From the IMG/VR virus record IMGVR_UViG_3300030012_002406, positions 1 through 39,722 of that record: a DNA stretch of 39,722 bases; one strand, 5' to 3'. Below the pieces are notes generated by a model, which was given only the letters and a program-made list of their open reading frames with translations, did not search any database and had not been told where the DNA came from. Origin of the DNA: a virus. Its lineage: Duplodnaviria > Caudoviricetes. The position numbers and the translations under genes were made by a program. Below are positions 27,048-36,500 of the stretch, piece by piece (within the stretch, counting starts at the first letter, position 1; each line of letters starts with the position of its first letter).

Positions 27048-27078
27048 GAGAGCCCTGTTATCAGGGCTTTCTTTTTTT
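27048..27078 (+). terminator. Intrinsic terminator
   Basis: GAGAGCCCTG-TTAT-CAGGGCTTTC followed by T7. Confidence 0.88.
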
Positions 27079-27085
27079 ATAATTA

Positions 27086-27099
27086 TTTTGTATATTGCC
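27086..27099 (+). promoter_or_regulatory. Putative promoter with a near host-type -7 element
   Basis: TTTTGTATATTGCC, similar to TTTTTATATTTGCC at 4963-4976. Confidence 0.5.
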
Positions 27100-27125
27100 A
27101 ACGTTATAACCAATACATAGATTAA

Positions 27126-28334
27126 ATGTCACTTAAGAATAAAATTAAAAATGCACTTAAATGGAAAAAAACTTCAGAATATTGTGCAGAAAAATTAGGT
27201 ATATCAGAAGATGAATTTAATAAAATTAAAAAACAAATATATGCAGAAGATAGAGAAAAAAGAAAAGAAGAAAGAGATATGGGATATGTCACAGATGATT
27301 GTACATCATCATTTGACATTGAAAAAGGTCAAGGAAAAATTACTGGAGTCTCACATACAGAACCTAAGTCTGCTGAAGAAATTATACAATTATTAAATAT
27401 TGATACAACAAAATGGAAGTTGTCACAATATTGGAATAAACAAATGTCAGATCACTGGCGTATATCAGCTTTAATAACTAAGCTTAAAAATAGTGATACA
27501 GAACATGTAGAACAATTACTTAAGGTTTGGAAGCCTAAAAAATTTAAACCTGTAAAAAGAATAAATAGTAAAAGTAAAAAAGATGTTTGTGCTATTTTAT
27601 CATTACAAGATATTCATTTTGGAAAAGAAGGTAATCAAACAATAGATGAGGACTTTGAAGAAACTATTATAGATCTTGTAGAAAGAGCACATGGAGGACA
27701 TAATCTTAAAAAAATATTTTATGTTGTAGGGGGTGATTTAATTAATATGGATACTTGGGCAGGAACTACTACAAGTGGTACACCGTTAGAAAATTGTGCT
27801 ACAGCAACTGATGCTTATATGCAAGCTTTTGATGCATTATATTGGAGTATAAATTATTTAAAACAATATTGTGATGATCTTCAAGTAGTATATATACCAG
27901 GTAATCATGATAGATTATCTTCATTTCATTTAGCTCATGCTTTATCTAAAGCTATAGATGATCCTAATATACTTTGGGATGTACAATATCTTGAAAGAAA
28001 AGTACATGTCTGGGGAGATAACTTTTTTGCTTTTGAACATGGTGATGTAAATACAAAAAATTCTTTGTTATTATATGCTACAGAGTTTCCACAACAATGG
28101 GGTGTAACTAAAAATAGAACTTTATTTACAGGTCATTTACATCATAAAAAAAAGATAGAATATATTACCACAAATGAACGTACAGGCTTTATGTTAAAGA
28201 TATTACCAAGTTTATCTAGAACAGATTATTGGCATTATCACAATAAATTTATTGGATCTAAAAGATCAGGTGTTATAGAACTTCATGATTATAAAAAAGG
28301 TAATATATGTGAGCTTACATATTCACCAGATTAA
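27126..28334 (+). CDS. Calcineurin-like metallophosphoesterase with an N-terminal HTH-like segment
   Basis: All five family motifs are present: DIHFG, GGDL, GNHD, HGD and GHLH. The N-terminal CAEKLGIS is HTH-like. Confidence 0.9.
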   Translation: MSLKNKIKNALKWKKTSEYCAEKLGISEDEFNKIKKQIYAEDREKRKEERDMGYVTDDCTSSFDIEKGQGKITGVSHTEPKSAEEIIQLLNIDTTKWKLSQYWNKQMSDHWRISALITKLKNSDTEHVEQLLKVWKPKKFKPVKRINSKSKKDVCAILSLQDIHFGKEGNQTIDEDFEETIIDLVERAHGGHNLKKIFYVVGGDLINMDTWAGTTTSGTPLENCATATDAYMQAFDALYWSINYLKQYCDDLQVVYIPGNHDRLSSFHLAHALSKAIDDPNILWDVQYLERKVHVWGDNFFAFEHGDVNTKNSLLLYATEFPQQWGVTKNRTLFTGHLHHKKKIEYITTNERTGFMLKILPSLSRTDYWHYHNKFIGSKRSGVIELHDYKKGNICELTYSPD

Positions 28335-28369
28335 TCTATAGTGCCTAAACTTTTATTAATCCCCTTTTT

Positions 28370-28388
28370 TTTGTAAATTATAATGTAT
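28370..28388 (+). promoter_or_regulatory. Putative late promoter
   Basis: TTTGTAAATTATAATGTA, one mismatch from the copy at 22741. Confidence 0.6.
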
Positions 28389-28396
28389 AGTGCAAG

Positions 28397-28915
28397 ATGA
28401 TAAGTAACTTTAAAAAACCTAATTTAAATGCTCCTAGATACCGAGAAAAGGTGTTAAGTATTTTAAATGCAGAAATGTTAAAAGAATTTAAAGATAAATA
28501 TCCTGCGTATAAAAATATTGACAATGAGAAATTAAAAAACATTATTAAGTTTTTTAATGAAAAGATTTGGAAAGAAGTTATAGAAAATAGAGATGGTGTT
28601 GAACTTCCTTATTCTTTAGGTTATTTATTTATAGGTACTTGTCCTGCTGCTAAGAGTGTAAATACTAATTATGCACTATCCAAAAAATATGGAAAGGTTT
28701 TGCAAAATAAAAACTGGGAGACAGATGGTAAGGTTGCAAAAATTTTTTATACTAACTATACAACAAAGTATAGATTTAGGAATAGAGAACTTTGGCAATT
28801 TACCGCTGTAAGACAGTTTAAAAGAGCCGTTGCTAAAACCTATCCAAAGAAATGGACAAAATACATTATAATGAGCAACAATAGAAAAGTTGCTCATATG
28901 TACAAAAAAAGATAA
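28397..28915 (+). CDS. IHF/HU-like protein of the crAss-like tail block
   Basis: GVELPYSLGYLFI...WQFTAVRQFKRAV pattern; precedes ring and muzzle genes as in crAss-like phages. Confidence 0.7.
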   Translation: MISNFKKPNLNAPRYREKVLSILNAEMLKEFKDKYPAYKNIDNEKLKNIIKFFNEKIWKEVIENRDGVELPYSLGYLFIGTCPAAKSVNTNYALSKKYGKVLQNKNWETDGKVAKIFYTNYTTKYRFRNRELWQFTAVRQFKRAVAKTYPKKWTKYIIMSNNRKVAHMYKKR

Positions 28916-28919
28916 AATT

Positions 28920-29591
28920 ATGGCAAAAATAGGAGATGCAATCTCAAGAATAAGACAAATAACTAAAGCCGAAGTAGAAGATGCTTTTGTGACTGATAGA
29001 ATGATATATAGTCTTATATTAAAGTTTGCACAGACTTTAATGAGACGTCAAGATAGTACAAACAAACTTAAAAAGTTTAATAGTGTATGGCAAAGTTTAC
29101 CTTTTGTAGAATTAATAGAGGTAGATAAGGTAGAAGCAAAATGTAGTGGTATTCAAAGTGGTTGTACTATTATGAGAACTAAACATAAACTTCCAACTTT
29201 TATGGTAGGTTATTGGGGGCCATTAATTAGAAGTGTAACTAGTATAGATGGATCTACAGAGTTACAACCTACTCACCCTGGTTCTTATACCTCTATGACA
29301 AAAACAACATCATTTAAATATAATAAAACTAAATATTTTTGGTGGTTAAATGATCATATGTATTTTCCTAATATAGATTGGCATGCTATAAAGCTAGAAG
29401 GTATATTTGAAGGAGATATAGAAAATTATAATTGTGAAACTCAATATAATTGTACACCAAGGTACTTACAAGAAATATATATTCCAGAGTTTTTATTTTC
29501 AGAAATAGAACAACAAGTTGTAGGTACATTAATGAATACAATGAAAATTCCTGCAGAGGATGCAAATAATAAATTAAATATTCTTAGATAA
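28920..29591 (+). CDS. Putative tail ring protein
   Basis: Probable start ATG 28920; helical N-terminus, YFWWLNDHMYF...LEGIFE and a helical C-terminus. Confidence 0.7.
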   Translation: MAKIGDAISRIRQITKAEVEDAFVTDRMIYSLILKFAQTLMRRQDSTNKLKKFNSVWQSLPFVELIEVDKVEAKCSGIQSGCTIMRTKHKLPTFMVGYWGPLIRSVTSIDGSTELQPTHPGSYTSMTKTTSFKYNKTKYFWWLNDHMYFPNIDWHAIKLEGIFEGDIENYNCETQYNCTPRYLQEIYIPEFLFSEIEQQVVGTLMNTMKIPAEDANNKLNILR

Positions 29592-30493
29592 TGGCAGTAT
29601 CACATAAATTTAGAACTTTTAATCAACTGTTAGATGATGTAACTATAGATTTTTCATCATATAGCCTTGCTGGTCATATAGAACCTCAACAGTTAATTAA
29701 AGTTGCTCAAAGAGTAAATTATGATCTTGGGCTAAGAATACATAGAACAACAGAACAAATAGTAGATGTAGAACATTCTAAAGCTGAACTACCATCAAAT
29801 TTTAAATATTTGAATTATGCATTTGTATGTAATAATTATAAAGTGCTTAATACTATGCCTAGTGGAACTATTTTAGATACAACACAAGCTAAGTATGTAC
29901 CATCTCCTGATGATACTGGACCATGTGATGACCCAACTTGTAAAGATGTCTGTGTAGTACAAGGTTGTCCAATTAAAGATGTAAGAGGTACAATTATAGG
30001 TTATGATGAATACATGCTTATTCAAAGAATAGGTGCTGGTCAATTTAGATCATTTACAGATTTTTTTCAATTAAGAATTAAAGATGTTAATAAAGTTTTT
30101 TGTGATGATGACTGTCCAAATATAAATGTACAAGCTGTAAATGTTGCAGAGATAAGAGATAACTTTTTACTAACTAATTTTAAAACAGGAAAAGTTTACT
30201 TAAACTATCAAGCAGATATGGAAGATAATGATGGTAATCTTTTAGTGTTAGATCATCCATATTGTAATGAATATTATGAATATGCATTAAAACAAAGAAT
30301 ATTAGAAAATATGTTATTTGATGGAGAACAAGTAGGTAATCAAGTCAAATTTGTAGAACAAAGATTAAGAGCAGCTAGAAATAATGCTCTAGGATTTATT
30401 AATACTCCAGGTTTTGAAGAGATGAGAAAAATGTGGGAGGTTAATAGAAAAGCACAGTATTGTAATTATTATGACATGTTTAAAAGTTATTAA
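29591..30493 (+). CDS. Tail tubular / ring protein (Ttub-like)
   Basis: TNFKTGKVYLNY...DNDGNLLVLD motif; immediately precedes the muzzle gene. Confidence 0.75.
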   Translation: MAVSHKFRTFNQLLDDVTIDFSSYSLAGHIEPQQLIKVAQRVNYDLGLRIHRTTEQIVDVEHSKAELPSNFKYLNYAFVCNNYKVLNTMPSGTILDTTQAKYVPSPDDTGPCDDPTCKDVCVVQGCPIKDVRGTIIGYDEYMLIQRIGAGQFRSFTDFFQLRIKDVNKVFCDDDCPNINVQAVNVAEIRDNFLLTNFKTGKVYLNYQADMEDNDGNLLVLDHPYCNEYYEYALKQRILENMLFDGEQVGNQVKFVEQRLRAARNNALGFINTPGFEEMRKMWEVNRKAQYCNYYDMFKSY

Positions 30494-30503
30494 GATTTAA
30501 ACA

Positions 30504-33500
30504 ATGGCTAAACAAAGAAATAGAAAAACTCAAGGTAGAGGGCAAAGAAGGCGTAAGACTAATATGCAAAGTCTTGGTCAGATAGATACAGATGTATTTA
30601 TAAAAGGTATGACCAAAGATCCTAATGCTGCTTTAGTGGGTAAAAATAATTGGACTCATGCGCGTAATGCTATAAATAATTCTAGCGAAGGTGATGTAGG
30701 TGCAATTGGTAATGAACCTGCTAATTTATTTTGTGCAAAGATTTCTTATACAGTAATAGGTACAATTAAATTATATGGAGATAAGTGGGTTATATATTCT
30801 ACAGATGATACATATAGTGAGATTGGTATTTTTGATGATAGTCAATGTACATATGAAACTTTAGTAAATGATGGAGCAGGTGGAACAGATTGCCCTCCTG
30901 ATCTTTGTTTAAACTTTAAAAAACAATATTTAATTACAGGAGCGTCAAAAGAAAATTTTGACTGTACATGGCAAGTATATTGGGATGATGGTTTAAATCC
31001 ATCTAGAACAATGAATATAACAGATATACCTTGGAAAACAAGAAGGGTAGAAGATGATGACTGTGTTCAGTTTATACCTATAGAACCTTTAGAAATAGAC
31101 TGTGACAAGTTAAGATTAGCACCTCTTATGAAAACTCCAACGGTTATATTATCAAGTTCAGATAATGGAGGTCAGTTAAGAAATGGATCATATCAAGCAT
31201 TTATAGCATATACAATTAATGAACAACAAATAGGTGATTATATAGGTGTATCTAATATTCAATCTTTATGGGATCATGAAGATCTTGCAGGATCATTAAA
31301 TATTGAATTAAGAAATTTAGATACAGGAGGTATATTTGAAGAATTTAAACTTGTTATACTTAGCAATAATCAAAATGAAGTAGTAGCTAAACATTTTGGT
31401 TTTTATAGTACAGAAACTAAACATATTGGTATAGACTTCATTGATAGATCATTAAAATCTGTACCAATAGAATTTTTACCTTTAAGAAACCCTGTATATG
31501 AAAAATCTGACAAGATGTATGTTGTCAATGATTATCTTATAAGACAAGGTCCTTATGAAAGATTTGATTTTAATTATCAACCTTTAGCAAATCAAATAGA
31601 AACAATATGGACATCTACTAAGTTTCCTATTGATTATTATAGAAAAGGTGGCAATAAGCCTAGCTTTATGAGAGATGAAGTATATTCATTTTTTATTAGA
31701 TGGGTATATAATACAGGAGAAAAGTCTAGTTCATATCATATACCAGGTAGAGCTCCTGAAGATTACAGCCCACCTATGGCACCAGATGTTAGATCATTAA
31801 CTCCTGCTGGGGATCCAAACTGTTTGGATGTAGAAGAGAAAGTTTTTCAATCTTATAATACTGCACGTTATGCTAATGATGGTCCATGGGATTATTCACC
31901 TCCTTTCCGTACTGAAGATGGAGGATTAATTTTTAAAAGTGGATATATGGCTTATTGGGAATCTACTGAAAGATATCCTAATGATCCTGTAAGATATGGT
32001 GACCTTTGTGGTAAACCTATAAGACATCATAAGTTTCCTGATGAACAAACTGCATCAGATGGTTCTGTAGCAAGAAGTGGTGGTCTAAATGGAAACAATG
32101 AAAATAATGATTGCATTCATGTTCTTGGTGTTAAATTTTCAAATATACCATTGCCAAGAATGAATCCAGAAACTTTTGGGGAATGTGAAGATCCAGAGGG
32201 AGAGGGAGCATTAGTACCGGGTATAGTTGGTTATGAAATATTAGTAGGTTCAAGAAAAGGAAACAAATCTATTATAGCAAAAGGTTTAGCTAGGAATATG
32301 AAAGGATATAGATTACCACCAGATGCTGTTGGAAATGCTGCTGATGCATCAATAGCAAATAATGTATTAGGTGTTATGGCAAATTATCCATTTAATGATT
32401 TAGGATGTGATCCATTTTTACATGATCCTGGTGATATGCCATCTCCACAAATACCAACGATGGCTTATACTAATATGGATAATGCTACTCCATATAAAGG
32501 TATGGGAACTAATCCTTCTGATAATGTTGGAAGAGATTGGAAGTATGTGTATAAAAATATGTTTACTTTTCATTCTCCTGATACATCTATTAATCAACCT
32601 TTCTTAAGCCCTTATGAAATTAAAAGTTATGGTATTACAGAAGGACAGTGTATAGGACAATTTAAAGTATCAGAAAAACATCCTCAACAAAAATTATTAA
32701 CAAATCTTTCTGCATTTATAGCAATCATTATTGGTGTAGGTTATGCAATAGGTAGAACAAGGGGTAAAAAACAAATAACTGTTGATTATCCAAGACCAAT
32801 GGTTACAGTTAATCCTCCACTTGTAGGAGCTGGAATTTCCGCAGGTAATGCAATAGCTTTAGGTATAAATCAAGGGATTCAAGGTGGTACAGAAACTGTA
32901 GCTACAGCATCTAGTATTTTTGGTGCTCCAGGTATAGGTCAACAAATAGCTCAAGGTAGTAACACTTTAGGATTTGCAGGAACTACACAAGGTATGGTTG
33001 GTGGTTATCAAGATGGTGGTGTTCAAATTCATTATGATAGGACTAATGCATGGTTTGCTGATTTACCTGCTTTATTGCAACCTATATATGGTGTATTTGC
33101 ATTTATACAACAAACAGCAGAAGGGGGTAATCATATTATTAATTTAATATATGAGTTATGTAGTTTCCAAGATTATGCAATGAAGTATAATGGACATGGT
33201 CTTTATTGGAAAACTTTATTTCAATATTTAGATGATGGTCAAAGAACATGCATGAGAACAAGATGTGAAAAAGCAAGATATGTAAGAAACACAATGCAAA
33301 ACTTAACGTCTACAATTAAAATAAATAATTTATTTAGACCTAATACTGTTGCATTAATAGGAGAAGGGTATGATCGTGAAGATGCAATTGAAGGAGATAC
33401 ATATCATATATTAGATCAAGGTGGTTTAGATGATTCAAGAGTAACTATAGGTCAACTAGGTAGTGGTTTTAGGCAATATCCTACTAGAGTTTTTACAAGA

Positions 33501-36500
33501 AATATTGCTGCACATTATGTAGGATTAAAAGTACAGTTTGAAAATCAATATGGACAACTTGATCAAATTAAGCAAGTTCCTATAAATAATGGAGAGTTTG
33601 GTAGAGGTATACAGTATATTGAAGATCAATTACCTAAAGATGGTGATGGTAATCCTCTACCGCCAGATATTAATACAAGATTGATGGCTGATAGTTTATA
33701 TGGAGGAGATGTATATATAAATAGATATACAGAAAAAAATGTAATGCCATTTTTTTGGGACTTCTTATTAGGTCAACCAGATGGTTTTCCTTATGATTAT
33801 AGACTTAGATCAAACGTAATGTTTCCTATGTATTGGGCTAATTTTATTAGATATGATCTTTCTAATCTTGCTAGATATATAACTAGTTTTGCTTTCTTAG
33901 ATACTCCTGCTAAAATTTTTGGTGCAATGCCTAATGGATTTTTTCACTTAGATGACGGTAGTGTAGGTTGCCTTGATGGTAATAATTTTGCGGATGATTT
34001 TGCTGGATCAGATTACCCAAATTCTGGAGTAGAAATCCCACCAGATGGTTGGGGTGGTGACTTTGATCCAGGTGAGGATCCAGGTACTCCTATATATGGA
34101 GAGATTGAAGATAGTGATGAAGAAGTTTTTTTAGGTTATGATACTGATGGTGATGATATACCAGATGTTACAGGTGGTCCAAATTCAGTTGGTGGAGGAG
34201 GTATGTCTACAATAGAAAATGTACCTGATGGAGTACCTGAAGGAACTGGTCCTACTGGATTTACTAGTCCAGATGATGATGAATCAAATGATAGAAGAGG
34301 AAAAAGTTTATTTCATGTCAAAGACAGATATTTTTATACTCATAATAGTGGTATTCAAGACTTTTTTGTTGAATCAGAAATTAATGTAGCACAAAGGGAC
34401 TATGAAGATCAGCAAGGTAAAAGGCATTATGACTTTTTAGAATATACTGATGTTAATGATCTTTTTCATGCAGAAATAATTGCAATAGGTAATTTTTATA
34501 AATATGATAATTCACTTACTTATGCTAACTTTCCAACTGCTAGGATTTCTTCTGGTAGAATACAACCAAGAGATTATGACCCGTTTGTTGCAGCAACATG
34601 TTTAACACATTATCCTAAGAGACTAGCTTATTCATTACAAGCACAAAAAGAAGCTAAAAAAGACTTTTGGAGAGTATTCTTACCAAACAATTATAAAGAC
34701 TTTAAAAATCAAGTAAATGTAATTAAACCTATATCTAAAAGTGGAGCAGTAATTTTATTCCCGCATTTATCACCACAAATGTTTCAAGGTGTTGATACGT
34801 TAAATACTGATCTTGGTACAAAGCTTACTATTGGTGATGGAGGTTTATTTAGTCAACCTATGCAAAATCTTGTAAATGCAGATTTAGCACATGAATATGG
34901 ATCTTGTGAAAGTGCAAGAAGTGTTATAAATACACCTGCAGGTATGTTTTTTATATCACAAGCACAAGGTAAGATTTTTCAAATGGCAGGTAAAGGTTTA
35001 GATAATATTGCTAATTTAGGAATGAAGCAATGGTTTAATAAATACTTACCTTCTCAACTAATAAAACAATTTCCTGAAATGGAGCCCTGTGCTAATTGGT
35101 CTGATAATCCTGTTGCAGGAGTAGGTTGTCAATCTGTTTATGATCCTAATTATGATTTAGTATACTTTATGAAAAAGGATTATAATTGTATTTCTGATTG
35201 TATTGATTTTAAACCATGTAAAGGATTTGTTTACAATCAATCAAGATGTGATGGATTACCACAAATACCATGTTGTCCAGAAGATGCTATTTATAATGCA
35301 CAATCAGGAAAGTGTGAAATAGTATCATATGAAGAAGCAAACATAAGAGAACCAGAGGCTAAGCCAACATTTGATATAATGATTAGTGTGTTAGAGTCTA
35401 GAGGTTTATATGTAGATAATGGTGTTGGTGTTATTAGAACCTTACTACTAAATTTAGTAAATAATTTTGCTGAAGAATTATTAGAAACATCAGTTCAAAT
35501 AGGTTTTCATAGTTTTACAGATTTTCCAAAAACAGAACTTGAACTAACTAGTGATATTGATGAACTCAATAATTGGATAGATAATGTGTATTTTCAAGAG
35601 AATCAAAGTATAGTTGAACCATATCAAATACCGCTTACTGATACTGAAGTTGCAGCTCTAGAGACTGAACAAATTGGAAATGCAGGTGGTTCAAATCCTA
35701 CAAAAGCATTTTGGGAAAGTTTAGAGAAGTTATATGTACAAGGCAGACCTATGGTAAATAAAGTGCATATACAAATTTGTGATAGATATGATACAACAGC
35801 ACTGCCTAGTCATTTTGGAGATGGATATGGTTTTAATAGCCCAACAAGTGCTGCAACACCAGCAACTCCAGCTATGACAAATATATTATCTATAAATCCA
35901 GGACAGCCAGGAGATCTATCTTTTTATCAAGGAGAAAATGAATGGAATATTTCTCCTGAAGCAATACAAAGTTTACCATATGCAAATGCAGAAACTCTAG
36001 TATCATCTTATGTAGATCTACAACAAAATGATAGTTTTGTTGAATGGTTAAATACAAATATTTTTAATGCTGATTCACCTTATCAAGATTCTAATCATTC
36101 AGACTACAATGGTCGTTTACAAGTATGGAATGTTCATCTTGAACCTAAAGCAGGGCATCCTAGTGCTATACAACAGGATGGAACTTTTCCACCTTATAAT
36201 GAGTTTCCTACTATTGTACCTACACAAGGTAATATTGATTATACTGCAGCAAAAAGTGGTCCTGGTGCTGGTCAATATGCTGTAGGTCCATTTGAAAATT
36301 CTGTAGCTCTTAATATAGCTGAACAAATTCCTAATTCTGTTTTTGATATTCCACAAATAATTGAGTGTCTTAATGGTTGTACTCCAGTGCAAGATGCTGG
36401 TGGTACTTGGTTGTGTGAATGTTTTGAGCAAACTGCGCCGTTAAGTATTATAGATCAAACTAGACCGGTTTCATTTGAAGATGAACAATATTTTGAAGAT

